The position numbers were made by a program, and so were the translations under genes. 64,000 bases of DNA from an uncultured Collinsella sp. (GTDB taxonomy: Bacteria; Actinomycetota; Coriobacteriia; Coriobacteriales; Coriobacteriaceae): assembly GCA_902493515.1 (NCBI GenBank), contig CABUPE010000002.1, positions 36,073 to 100,072 on the forward strand. Direction: 5' to 3'. The stretch's first letter is position 1. Every line of letters starts with the position of its first letter. Below, piece by piece: positions 1-9,485 of the stretch. The notes beneath the pieces were generated by a model. It searched no databases. It saw nothing but the letters and a program-made list of their open reading frames with translations, and had not been told where the DNA came from.

Positions 1-1
1 C

Positions 2-58
2 GGCTATATTCGCAAACGCGGGTTGTATGCCGATCTGGGTCAAGAAGATTTTGAGTGA
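2..58 (+). CDS. nadD: C-terminal fragment, probably nicotinate-nucleotide adenylyltransferase (partial, window edge)
   Basis: Frame 2 reads GYIRKRGLYADLGQEDFE*, resembling the NadD C-terminal YIxxxGLY motif; nadD-yqeK-rsfS synteny. Confidence 0.6.
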   Translation, partial: GYIRKRGLYADLGQEDFE

Positions 59-70
59 TGGGGGTCTACG

Positions 71-679
71 TTGTCGGTAGAGGATCAGTTTGAGGGCGAT
101 GAGCGCGCGCTCCTCAAGCGCATTCAAGAGCTGCTCGATGTGCGTATGCAAGATAAACGTAAGCGCTACGTGCATTCGCTCGGGGTTGCCGAAACTGCGC
201 TGCATCTAGCCGAGGTATACGGTGTCGACCGCTTTGATGCTGTCGCCGCCGGCCTGATTCATGACTGGGACAAGGTGCTCTCCGACGACGAGCTGGTCAC
301 GCGCGCTCTACATTACGGCATTAAGATTGCCGGCTCTCCGTCTGCCGCGACGCCGCTTTTGCATGGCCCGGTTGCCGCCTATGAGCTTCCGCAGCTTTTT
401 CCCGAGCTGTCGCCGGCGGTCTTTCAGGCTGTCGACCGTCACACCGTGGGCGCCTGCGACATGACGCCGCTCGATATGGTGGTCTTTGTTGCCGATGCCA
501 TCGAACCCAACCGCCATGGTGATTATGCCCACGCGCTGCGCAAGATGGTGGGGGAGTCGACGCTTGACGAGTTGTTCTTCTCCTGTTTTGCGCAGGGTCT
601 GGTCTACGTGATCCAGTCCGGGCGCTATCTTTATCCCACGGCTATTACGATTTACAACCATTACGCCCAGCTACGCTAG
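71..679 (+). CDS. yqeK: HD-domain Ap4A hydrolase (YqeK family)
   Basis: RYVHSLGV, IHDWDK, LLHG, HTVG, ADAIEPNR motifs; upstream of rsfS. Confidence 0.9.
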   Translation: MSVEDQFEGDERALLKRIQELLDVRMQDKRKRYVHSLGVAETALHLAEVYGVDRFDAVAAGLIHDWDKVLSDDELVTRALHYGIKIAGSPSAATPLLHGPVAAYELPQLFPELSPAVFQAVDRHTVGACDMTPLDMVVFVADAIEPNRHGDYAHALRKMVGESTLDELFFSCFAQGLVYVIQSGRYLYPTAITIYNHYAQLR

Positions 680-707
680 CTCGGGTGCGTCTAGAAAGAG
701 GTATTCC

Positions 708-1163
708 ATGGCCGACGAGACCATGACCGACGAGCAGATTCTTGAAGGTGTGGAGCACAAGAGCTTCGTTGCCACGTCCGACCGTACCGCCGCCTCGCTG
801 TCCACGAGCGGTGTCGCCGCCGAGGATGTCGCCCGCGCCGCCGCGCAGGCGGCCTACGACAAGAAGGGCGAGGACGTTCAGGTGCTCGACCTGACCGAGC
901 TTTCCGACGTATGCGACTACTTTGTGCTTGCCACCGGTACCAACAACCGCCAGGTCGATTCTATCGTCGACGAGATCGAGGAGAAGGTCGCCGAGGCTTG
1001 CGGCGAGCATCCGTTCTCCATCGAGGGCCGCGAGCAGAAGACCTGGATGCTCATGGACTACGGTTCGGTTGTCGTCCACGTCTTCACTCCCGAAGCCCGC
1101 GACTTCTACCGCCTCGAGAAACTCTGGGGAGACGCCCCCCAGCTCCCCCTCAACCTCCTCTAG
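708..1163 (+). CDS. rsfS: Ribosome silencing factor RsfS
   Basis: DKKGEDV, DYFVLATG, WMLMDYGSVVVHVF, RDFYRLEKLW. Confidence 0.95.
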   Translation: MADETMTDEQILEGVEHKSFVATSDRTAASLSTSGVAAEDVARAAAQAAYDKKGEDVQVLDLTELSDVCDYFVLATGTNNRQVDSIVDEIEEKVAEACGEHPFSIEGREQKTWMLMDYGSVVVHVFTPEARDFYRLEKLWGDAPQLPLNLL

Positions 1164-1206
1164 TAGCTCATTTGAGACGGGGGTTTTAGCTATCCTCACG
1201 CATATC

Positions 1207-1249
1207 GCCGGGCAGGTGCGGTTTTCCGCACCTGCCCGGCTTTCTTTTT
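1207..1249 (+). terminator. Intrinsic terminator between convergent rsfS and dinB
   Basis: 15-bp perfect stem GCCGGGCAGGTGCGG/CCGCACCTGCCCGGC followed by TTTCTTTTT. Confidence 0.85.
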
Positions 1250-1261
1250 GCCCAAAGGCGG

Positions 1262-2515
1262 TTAATCGTTGAAGCGGGATTGGCGGCCGAAGGAAAGGGC
1301 GCTGTCGCCGAATTTGTCTCGGACGGCGTCGATGGCGACGGAGAGGTCGCGGCGGTCGCTGGATTGGGCTCCGCGGTCATCGATCTCGCAGAACAGGTCG
1401 GTCTGGATGCCGCCTTGGTGGTCGAAGTCGCTCATGCCGATGCCCGCTAAGCGAACATGCATGCCTTCCTGCCAGATGTTGTCGAGCAGTTCGAGCGCAA
1501 CCGCCACGAAGATGTTCTCATCGTCGGTCGGATGAGGCAGCCGGCGCTGTGCCGTACGCCCGCTGCCATACGAATACTTGAGTTTGAGCGTTACCGTGGC
1601 ACCCGTCAGCCCCTGACGGCGCAGACGGCGTCCCACTGACTCTCCCAACAGCGCAATCGCCGCCTCAATATCCCCACGCTCAGTCAAATCTTTAGCAAAG
1701 GTGCGTTCATTGCTGACCGACTTGACCTCGCGCTCCTCATCGAGACTCGTGACTTCGGAGATTTCGAGTCCCAGCGCACGCTTGCGCATGCGTTCGCCGT
1801 TGACGCCAAAAATAGAGGCCAAGGTGGATTCCGGTGCACGTGATAGCTCGCCGAGGGTGTAGATGCGCATGCGGCGCAGTCGCTCCTCGGCCGAGCGCCC
1901 GATGCCGCTCATGGCAGATACCGGCAGCGCGGCCAAAAAGCGCTGCTCGGTTCCGGGGCGCACGATGGTCAGCCCGAACGGCTTATCCCGCTCGCTTGCG
2001 ATCTTTGCGACCGTCTTGTTGCAGCCCACGCCAATGGAACAGGTCACTCCCAGCCCTGCCACGCGGTCGCTTATACGCCGCGCAACCAGCAGCGGGTCTT
2101 CGGGCGCAAAGCGACCCGGTGTGATATCGATAAAGGCTTCGTCGATGGATACGCGCTCAACGCGCGGGGTCTCGTCAGCGAGAATCGCCATGACCTGCGC
2201 GCTCACCTCGCGGTAGCGATCAAAGTGCCCGTGCGTCCAAATGGCTTGCGGGCACAGGCGCCGCGCCTCGGCCGAGGCCATGGCAGAATGCACGCCAAAG
2301 CGACGTGCCTCGTACGAACACGTGGACACGACGCCGCGTGACTCGGCGTCTCCGCCCACGATGAGCGGCTTTCCGCGCCATTCGGGATGGTCGAGCATCT
2401 CCACACTCGCAAAAAATGCATCGAGGTCCATGAGGCCCACCGCCGGACCCGTCCAGGGCGGCGGCGTGACGCCCGCAGCATTCTCATAACCGTATGTATG
2501 TTCGCGTCTTTCCAT
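1262..2515 (-). CDS. dinB: DNA polymerase IV (Y-family)
   Basis: DLDAFFASVE, SYEARRFGV, SIDEAF, AKIAS motifs; C-terminal QTDLF clamp-binding-like motif. Confidence 0.95.
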   Translation of the reverse strand: MERREHTYGYENAAGVTPPPWTGPAVGLMDLDAFFASVEMLDHPEWRGKPLIVGGDAESRGVVSTCSYEARRFGVHSAMASAEARRLCPQAIWTHGHFDRYREVSAQVMAILADETPRVERVSIDEAFIDITPGRFAPEDPLLVARRISDRVAGLGVTCSIGVGCNKTVAKIASERDKPFGLTIVRPGTEQRFLAALPVSAMSGIGRSAEERLRRMRIYTLGELSRAPESTLASIFGVNGERMRKRALGLEISEVTSLDEEREVKSVSNERTFAKDLTERGDIEAAIALLGESVGRRLRRQGLTGATVTLKLKYSYGSGRTAQRRLPHPTDDENIFVAVALELLDNIWQEGMHVRLAGIGMSDFDHQGGIQTDLFCEIDDRGAQSSDRRDLSVAIDAVRDKFGDSALSFGRQSRFND

Positions 2516-2527
2516 GTCATGAGTATA
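2491..2527 (-). promoter_or_regulatory. dinB -10 box (TATACT) and putative intragenic SOS box
   Basis: Minus strand TATACT (2527-2522), 6 nt, then ATG; CGAACATACATACG at 2504-2491. Confidence 0.5.
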
Positions 2528-2716
2528 CCGCGCAGCTCATGTGGGGTGCGTGGATGTGCTTGCAAATCGTGAATTCTTGTCTAAGATATGGATTTGCCCT
2601 CGACTACACCGAAGAAGTTGGTCTCACGGACTTCACCTGCCCGCGTCGATGGCGTATTATGTTCAACTGTTTGTTTGTAGTTGCAGCCTAAAGCTGCTTG
2701 GTTGGAGGAGTTTCCT

Positions 2717-3058
2717 TTGGCAGTCAAGATTCGCCTTGCTCGTCACGGCGCTAAGAAGCGTCCGTACTACCGTGTTGTCGTCGCCGATTCCCGCGCCCCG
2801 CGTGACGGTCGTATCATCGAGGAGGTTGGCCGCTACAACCCGATGACCGCCCCCAAGACCATCAACCTCGACCTCGAGAAGATTGCTGACTGGCAGTCCA
2901 AGGGCGCTCAGCTCACCGACGCCGTCGCCGCTCTGGTCAAGGCCGCCAACGAGGGCGAGAAGTCCGAGACCGTCGTCAAGAAGTCCAAGAAGCAGCTCGC
3001 CAAAGAGGCCGAGGCCGCTAAGGCTGCCGCTGAGGCCGCTGAGGGCGCCGAGGAGTAA
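2717..3058 (+). CDS. rpsP: 30S ribosomal protein S16
   Basis: [28 protein letters not shown] start after GGAGGAG. Confidence 0.97.
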   Translation: MAVKIRLARHGAKKRPYYRVVVADSRAPRDGRIIEEVGRYNPMTAPKTINLDLEKIADWQSKGAQLTDAVAALVKAANEGEKSETVVKKSKKQLAKEAEAAKAAAEAAEGAEE

Positions 3059-3061
3059 ATC

Positions 3062-3346
3062 GTGCCTGAGGTTGACGCTGCACAGCTCGAGGGTGAGGCA
3101 ATGCTCTCAGATCGCATCGCCGATCTCGTCGAATATCTCGTTGTTCAGATCGTCGACGACCCGGATTCCGTGAGCCTCGAGGTCATCGATGGCGACGACG
3201 CCTCCACGATTGAGGTTTCGGTTGCCGAGGATGACGTCGCTAAGGTCATCGGCCGTCGTGGCCGTACCATTAAGGCCATTCGCACGCTCGCCCGTGCACT
3301 GGCCGCTCGCCTCGACACCGCTGTCGAGGTAGAGGTTCTGGGCTAG
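3062..3346 (+). CDS. khpA: KH-domain RNA-binding protein KhpA
   Basis: KVIGRRGRTIKAIR; position between rpsP and rimM. Confidence 0.9.
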   Translation: MPEVDAAQLEGEAMLSDRIADLVEYLVVQIVDDPDSVSLEVIDGDDASTIEVSVAEDDVAKVIGRRGRTIKAIRTLARALAARLDTAVEVEVLG

Positions 3347-3350
3347 GACC

Positions 3351-3872
3351 TTGAGGTCCCAGTACAAAAACATCGCCCGCGTGGTCAAGCCGCACGGAAG
3401 GAAGGGGGAGGTCCTCGCGCAGCCGCTGCGGGGGCTTCCTTCTGTATTGGAGCCGGGTATGCGTGTTGCCTTGACGCCGCCGGCGCTCAAGCGCGACCGT
3501 TTTTGCACGGTCGTGTCCGTCACTGATACGGGCGATGGCGATCTGGTCTCGTTTGAGGGCATAGACGACTTGACGGCCGCTGAGGGCATCACCGGATGCT
3601 ATGTGCTGGCCAATCGTGACGACTTCGAGCTCGATTCGCTCGACGCCGCCTATACCGACCTCATGGGTCGCGAGGTGATCGACGAGCGTTTTGGCTCGCT
3701 CGGCACGATTGTCGAGATCATGTCGACGCCCGCCAACGATGTTTGGGTTGTCGAGGGTGATCGGTACGGCGAGGTGCTGATTCCCGTGATCGAGCAGGTT
3801 GTGCTCGATCTTCCCGACACAGGAACAATTTCCGTCCACGTTATGGACGGCTTGATCGATATGGACAAGTAG
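3351..3872 (+). CDS. rimM: Ribosome maturation factor RimM
   Basis: KPHGRKGEV, ANDVWVV, VLIP motifs; synteny. Confidence 0.92.
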   Translation: MRSQYKNIARVVKPHGRKGEVLAQPLRGLPSVLEPGMRVALTPPALKRDRFCTVVSVTDTGDGDLVSFEGIDDLTAAEGITGCYVLANRDDFELDSLDAAYTDLMGREVIDERFGSLGTIVEIMSTPANDVWVVEGDRYGEVLIPVIEQVVLDLPDTGTISVHVMDGLIDMDK

Positions 3873-3882
3873 GGAGGACAGC

Positions 3883-4641
3883 ATGCTGATTGAGACCCTT
3901 TCGGTCTTTCCCGAGATGTTTGAGCCCGTCATGTCCACGTCGATTTTGGGCCGCGCCCGCAAGGCCGGCCTTTTTGATTTTAAGGCGTATAACCTGCGCT
4001 ACTGGACGCACGATCGTCATCGTACCGTCGATGACGAGCCCTACGGCGGCGGGCAGGGCATGCTCATGAAGGTCGAGCCCATCGCCGAGGCCATCGAGGC
4101 TATCAGCTCCGAGGGTCCCAAGCCCACCGTGGTGTTCTTCACCCCCTGCGGCGAGCCCTTTACGCAGCATGTGGCCGAGCGCCTGCTCAAAAGCGAGCGC
4201 CTGCTGTTTGTGTGCAGCCGTTACGAGGGCGTCGACGAGCGCGCCTATGCGTATGCCGACGAGCGCCTGTCGATCGGCGACTACGTGCTCACGGGCGGCG
4301 AGCTGCCCGCTATGGTCGTGGCCGATGCCGTCGTACGGCTCATTCCCGGAGCCTTGGGCGACGAGATGAGCAACGTGGACGAGTCCTTCTCGACCGCTGA
4401 GGACGGCGGCCTGCTCGAGTACGCGCAGTACACCCGTCCCGCCGAGTTTAACGGCGAGGGCGTGCCTCCAGTGCTCGTGAGCGGCGATCATGCCAAGGTC
4501 GATGCCTGGCGCCGCAAGAATGCCATCGAGCGTACCTGTCGTTGGCGTCCCGATCTTATCGAGACGGCACGTCTTACGCCCAATGAGCGCGCGTACGCGC
4601 AGGAGATCCTGGACGCTTCGTTTTCGCAGAGCGAGGAGTGA
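3883..4641 (+). CDS. trmD: tRNA (guanine37-N1)-methyltransferase
   Basis: VDDEPYGGGQGM, RYEGVDER, SIGDYVLTGGE, QYTRP. Confidence 0.97.
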   Translation: MLIETLSVFPEMFEPVMSTSILGRARKAGLFDFKAYNLRYWTHDRHRTVDDEPYGGGQGMLMKVEPIAEAIEAISSEGPKPTVVFFTPCGEPFTQHVAERLLKSERLLFVCSRYEGVDERAYAYADERLSIGDYVLTGGELPAMVVADAVVRLIPGALGDEMSNVDESFSTAEDGGLLEYAQYTRPAEFNGEGVPPVLVSGDHAKVDAWRRKNAIERTCRWRPDLIETARLTPNERAYAQEILDASFSQSEE

Positions 4642-4643
4642 GA

Positions 4644-5207
4644 ATGGTTCCATCGCAGCATTCCGTGCTAAAGGGTGCGTTTGAGTGGGTCGTGGTTGTC
4701 GCAATCGCGCTGGTCGCCACCTTCTTGATTCGCTCGTTTGTGGTCGAACCCTTTGTGGTGCCTACCGGTTCCATGGAGTCCACGATCGAGATCGGAGACC
4801 AGATTCTGGCGCAGAAGGTGACGCTCGAACTCGGACAGCCCGTCAAGCAAGGCGATATCGTGGTGTTCCACAACCCCGATGCCACGTCCGAGCATGACGT
4901 GCTGGTAAAGCGCGTTATTGCCACGGCCGGCCAGACCGTTGACCTGCAGGACGGCAAGGTGGTCGTTGACGGCCAAGCGCTCGACGAGGACTATACGACG
5001 GGCATGAGCTGGCCACTTTCGGTCCAAGCGCCCGGTGCTCAGGTAAGCTATCCCTACACCGTTCCCGACGGGTGCGTGTGGGTGATGGGCGACAACCGCG
5101 AAAACTCTGCCGACTCACGCTACTTTGGTCCCGTCGATCGCTCTGATTTGATCGCCGTGGCACTCGTGCGCTACTGGCCGCTCAACCGCATCGGCGCTAT
5201 CGACTAA
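4644..5207 (+). CDS. lepB: Signal peptidase I
   Basis: N-terminal TM; VPTGSM (Ser), VKRVIA (Lys), MGDNRENSADSR. Confidence 0.95.
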   Translation: MVPSQHSVLKGAFEWVVVVAIALVATFLIRSFVVEPFVVPTGSMESTIEIGDQILAQKVTLELGQPVKQGDIVVFHNPDATSEHDVLVKRVIATAGQTVDLQDGKVVVDGQALDEDYTTGMSWPLSVQAPGAQVSYPYTVPDGCVWVMGDNRENSADSRYFGPVDRSDLIAVALVRYWPLNRIGAID

Positions 5208-5266
5208 AAACCGCTATAGTACAGTACCTAACCGTGTAATCGTTTCGACGAGGGGATATTAGAGGC

Positions 5267-6178
5267 ATGAACGCTTCATCGCTTTCCTTCCAAGACATCA
5301 TCCTGCGCCTCCAGCAGTACTGGGGCGAGCAGGGCTGCGTCATTATGCAGCCCTATGACTCCGAGGTCGGTGCCGGTACCTTCCATACCGCGACCACGCT
5401 GCGCTCGCTCGGTCCCGCCGAGTGGCGCACCTGCTATGCGCAGCCTTGCCGCCGTCCCGCCGACGGCCGCTACGGCGAGAACCCCAACCGCATGCAGCAC
5501 TACTATCAGTTCCAGGTGCTCATCAAGCCCTCTCCGGTCAACGCCCAGGAGCTTTACCTGGGGTCTCTTGCCGCTATCGGTCTGGACCCTAACGACCATG
5601 ACGTCCGCTTTGTCGAGGACGACTGGGAGAGCCCGACGCTCGGCGCTTGGGGCCTTGGCTGGGAGGTCTGGCTCAATGGCATGGAGGTCACGCAGTTTAC
5701 GTACTTCCAGCAGGTGGGCGGCATCGAGGTCGACCCCGTGCCCGTCGAGATCACCTATGGCCTGGAGCGTATCGCCATGTACGCCCAGGGCGTCAACTCG
5801 GTCTACGACCTGGTGTGGAGCTACCTTCCCGACGGCACGCCCATGACCTATGGCGATGTGTTCCTGGAGAACGAGCGCGAGTTCAGCGCTTACAACTTTG
5901 AGGTCGCCAACGTCGAGATGATGCGTCAGAAGTTTGACGACTACGAGGCCGAGTGCCACTCCTGTCTGGAGCGCAAGCTGCCGCTGCCGGCGTACGACTG
6001 CGTCATGAAGTGCAGCCACGCCTTCAACCTGCTCGATGCCCGCGGCGCGCTGTCCGCGGTCGAGCGTGCCAACTACATCCTGCGCGTCCGCGCCGTCGCC
6101 AAGGCGTGCTGCGAGGCCTACATGGCCGAGGTCGCCGGAGTCAACGAGAATGCCGACCAGGAAGGCGAGGTGGCGTAA
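5267..6178 (+). CDS. glyQ: Glycine--tRNA ligase alpha subunit
   Basis: [42 protein letters not shown]. Confidence 0.98.
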   Translation: MNASSLSFQDIILRLQQYWGEQGCVIMQPYDSEVGAGTFHTATTLRSLGPAEWRTCYAQPCRRPADGRYGENPNRMQHYYQFQVLIKPSPVNAQELYLGSLAAIGLDPNDHDVRFVEDDWESPTLGAWGLGWEVWLNGMEVTQFTYFQQVGGIEVDPVPVEITYGLERIAMYAQGVNSVYDLVWSYLPDGTPMTYGDVFLENEREFSAYNFEVANVEMMRQKFDDYEAECHSCLERKLPLPAYDCVMKCSHAFNLLDARGALSAVERANYILRVRAVAKACCEAYMAEVAGVNENADQEGEVA

Positions 6179-6181
6179 GCC

Positions 6182-8278
6182 ATGGCAGACGCTAAGGATT
6201 TCCTGTTTGAGATCGGTACGGAGGAAATGCCCTCCGCACCGTTGAACAATGCCGTCAAGCAGCTTGGCACCATGATCGCCAAGGGTCTCGACGAGGCCGG
6301 TCTGGCCCACGGCGAGGTCCGCGTGATCTCGAGTCCGCGTCGCCTGGCTGCACTCGTTGCCGACGTCGCCACCGCGACCGATGAGGTTCACGAGGTCAAG
6401 CGTGGCCCCGCGGCCAACATTGCCTTCGACGCTGACGGTAACGCCACCAAGGCTGCCCAGGGCTTTGCCCGCAAGTGCGGTGTGGCTGCCGAGGACCTGG
6501 TCCGTCGCGAGGACACCGACGGTCGCGAGTATGTGTTCGCCGAGAAGAATATTCCCTCCGCACCGGCTACGCCGATTCTGACCGCTCTGTGCGAGAAGAC
6601 CATCGCCGGCCTGCAGTGGCCCAACTACCGCAGCCAGCGCTGGGGCCACGAGCACGCGACCTTTGTTCGTCCGGTCCGTTGGATCTGCTGCCTTTTGGGC
6701 GAGGATGTTGTGCCCGTGTCGTTTGCCGACGTGACGAGTGGCAACACCACGCGTGGTCATCGCGTACTTGGCCCTGGTGACCATGTGGTTGCCAGCCCCG
6801 CCGTCTACGAGCAGGTGCTCGAGGACGCCGGCGTGCTTTCTGCCGAGCGTCGTCGCGAGGCCATCCTTGCCGGTATCGCCGAGGTCGAGGCCGCTCGCCC
6901 CGGCTGCCATGTCGATACGCCCAAGAAGGTCTTCGAGGAGGTCATCAACCTCTGCGAGTGGCCGACGGTGCTCGTCGGTACCTTCGATGAGGAGTTCCTC
7001 AAGGTTCCGCACGAGATTATCTGCGAGTCCATGCTCACCAACCAGCGCTACTTCCCGATCTATGACGGCGAAGGCAAGCTGACGCGTGAGTTCGTGGTCG
7101 TCTCCAACAGCAAGCCCGAGAACGCCGAACGCGTGATCGACGGCAACGAGCGCGTTGTGCGTGCCCGTCTGGACGATGCCAAGTTCTTCTACGAGGAGGA
7201 CCTGAAGATCTCCCTCGACGAGTTCCGCGAGCGTCTGGCCAAGGTTGCCTTCCAGGAGAAGCTCGGTAGCGTGCTCGCCAAGTCCGAGCGCATCGAGCAG
7301 CTCGCGCTCGCTATCGCCCGCGAGGCTCATCTGGGCGCCCACCTTGCCGCCGATGCCGCTCGCGCCGCGCACCTGTGCAAGGCCGACCTGGTGTCTAACG
7401 CCGTTGTCGAGTTCACGAGCCAGCAGGGCGTGATGGGCGGTTATTACGCGACCGCGATGGGGGAGAACGACGAGGTCGCTCATGCTATCCGCGATCACTA
7501 TCGTCCCCGCTTTGCCGGTGACGAGCTGCCTGAGGGCACCGCTGGCTGCATCGTGGCTTGCGCCGACAAGCTCGATACCATCGCCGGTATCTTTGCCATC
7601 GGCGAGCCCCCGACCGGCTCCTCCGACCCCTACGCGCTGCGTCGTGCCGCTATCGGCATCATCAACATTCTGCGCGACCGTCTGCCGATCGACCCCACGT
7701 CTCTCATCGACTTCGCCCTCGAGCTCTATAGCGAGCAGGGCATTGAGTTCGACGCCGCCGAGGTCGCCGAGCAGGTTCGTGACTTCTTCCATGGCCGCCT
7801 GGTGAGCATGGCCCGCGACGAAAAGATCCCGGCCGATACCGTTGCCGCCGTCTCCGCGGTGCACATCATCGCCCCGTCCGTCTTCTTCGCCCGTTGCGCC
7901 GCCCTCGACGAGGCTCGTAAGAACGACGCCGAGACCTTCGACAACCTGGCTACCGCCTATGCCCGCGCCGCGCACATCTCCAAGCCCGAGCTGGGTGCGG
8001 AGTACGACCGCAGCCTGATGGGCGAGGTCGAGCTTGCGCTCGCCGACGCCTCCGAGGCTGCTCAGACCGCTGTCGATGCCGCCCTTGCTACCGAGGATTA
8101 TCCGGCCGCATTTGCTGCCCTCGCCGCCCTGCGCGCGCCCATCGACCGTTTCTTCGACGAGGTCATGGTCATGGACAAGGACGAGCAGCTCCGCGATAAT
8201 CGCCTTAAGCTGCTCAACCGCTTCGAGGCCGTTTTCTCCGGCATCGCCAACATCGGTGAGCTTGCTCGTAAAAAGTAA
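6182..8278 (+). CDS. glyS: Glycine--tRNA ligase beta subunit
   Basis: FEIGTEEMP, FVRPVRW, KADL, PTGSSDPYALRR, DALR-type C-terminus. Confidence 0.97.
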   Translation: MADAKDFLFEIGTEEMPSAPLNNAVKQLGTMIAKGLDEAGLAHGEVRVISSPRRLAALVADVATATDEVHEVKRGPAANIAFDADGNATKAAQGFARKCGVAAEDLVRREDTDGREYVFAEKNIPSAPATPILTALCEKTIAGLQWPNYRSQRWGHEHATFVRPVRWICCLLGEDVVPVSFADVTSGNTTRGHRVLGPGDHVVASPAVYEQVLEDAGVLSAERRREAILAGIAEVEAARPGCHVDTPKKVFEEVINLCEWPTVLVGTFDEEFLKVPHEIICESMLTNQRYFPIYDGEGKLTREFVVVSNSKPENAERVIDGNERVVRARLDDAKFFYEEDLKISLDEFRERLAKVAFQEKLGSVLAKSERIEQLALAIAREAHLGAHLAADAARAAHLCKADLVSNAVVEFTSQQGVMGGYYATAMGENDEVAHAIRDHYRPRFAGDELPEGTAGCIVACADKLDTIAGIFAIGEPPTGSSDPYALRRAAIGIINILRDRLPIDPTSLIDFALELYSEQGIEFDAAEVAEQVRDFFHGRLVSMARDEKIPADTVAAVSAVHIIAPSVFFARCAALDEARKNDAETFDNLATAYARAAHISKPELGAEYDRSLMGEVELALADASEAAQTAVDAALATEDYPAAFAALAALRAPIDRFFDEVMVMDKDEQLRDNRLKLLNRFEAVFSGIANIGELARKK

Positions 8279-8312
8279 GCCAGCCTGCGCGTAAGCGCAA
8301 AAGGAGCCCCGC

Positions 8313-9188
8313 ATGGATTGCCCGGTCACCGCTCGTCCCACCGTTATCGTTATCTCCGACTCGCTCGGTGATACCGCTTGTGAGGTGGTACTTGCGGCGT
8401 CCGGGCAATTTGATGAAGGGGCTTTTCGTTTGTTGCGCCTGCCCAAGGTGAACTCGGTGGAGCAGGTTAAGTCGTTTGTGGGCCCGCGCGTTGATGCGGA
8501 CCATCGCGATATTGCCGTGTTCCACACCATTGTCGATCCGGCGCTTCGCGCCCGCGTGCTCGATTACCTGGGCATGCTGCATATCCGTTCGGTCGACCTG
8601 ATCGGTCCTACGCTCGCTGTGCTGTCGTCGCTCATCGGTGTGCAGCCCAAAGGCGTTGCGGGCGTGATTCATAAGACCGATGACCGCTATTTCCATCGCA
8701 TCGAGGCCATGGAGTATTTTGTTGAGCACGACGACGGGCGCGGTTGCGACGATCTGTCGGGTGCCGATATCGTGCTGTTGGGCGTGTCTCGCACGTCCAA
8801 GACGCCGCTGTCGATGTATTTAGCCTATCAGGGGTACAAGGTTGCCAATGTTCCTTTGGCCCATGGCATGGAGCCGCCGAAGTCAATTTACGAGGTCGAC
8901 CCGATGCGGTTGTTTGGTCTGATTTCGACTGTTGATGTGATCTCCGGGATTCGCGATAGCCGCTTGGGCGATGACTACGCCCGTGCCGTCGCCGGCTCCT
9001 ATGCCGAGCCCGAGAGCGTGCGCAGCGAGCTCGAGGAAGCCCGCGCCCTTATGAAGCGCCTGGGCTGTTTTGTGGTGCGAACCGACGGCAAGGCAATCGA
9101 GGAGAGCGCCTCCGAGATCATCAGTCACTTGGAGGAAATCCAAGAAGCCCGTGTCCGTCGCGCCGCCCGCCGAGCCCAGCAAAGTTAA
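8313..9188 (+). CDS. Pyruvate phosphate dikinase regulatory kinase/phosphorylase (PDRP, DUF299)
   Basis: ISDSLGDTA, YFHRIEAMEY, HDDG, GVSRTSKTPLSMYLA; adjacent to ppdK. Confidence 0.92.
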   Translation: MDCPVTARPTVIVISDSLGDTACEVVLAASGQFDEGAFRLLRLPKVNSVEQVKSFVGPRVDADHRDIAVFHTIVDPALRARVLDYLGMLHIRSVDLIGPTLAVLSSLIGVQPKGVAGVIHKTDDRYFHRIEAMEYFVEHDDGRGCDDLSGADIVLLGVSRTSKTPLSMYLAYQGYKVANVPLAHGMEPPKSIYEVDPMRLFGLISTVDVISGIRDSRLGDDYARAVAGSYAEPESVRSELEEARALMKRLGCFVVRTDGKAIEESASEIISHLEEIQEARVRRAARRAQQS

Positions 9189-9485
9189 CTCATTGGGGTA
9201 GCTAAAAATGCACCGTCTTTTAAAGACTACCAAAAATAATGCACGATATTGGTAAAGCGATTTAGCAAAGAACTTCCATTTGACCTGCAATTCTCTTGCA
9301 GTGGTATCTTCATAAGGTAACCACCTTTACCTACCGTTTACCGTAACATTTATCACGTTTACCAAACCCCGCGCCCTCTACGCATGCCCGCTCAATGCCC
9401 GCCGTATAGTACCCTCACGGCTCGCAACCGGCGGGTCGATTCGTCACCACGGTCGTGCGCGTAAGTGCATGGAAGGGGAAGTATC

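Noticed and set aside
5276..8530. 1084-aa minus-strand ORF and similar long antisense ORFs (9444-11186, 19199-20701, 27240-29492, 30732-33071, 53183-54922, 59779-61785)
   Set aside because: Shadow frames opposite highly biased GC-rich genes; no recognisable motifs
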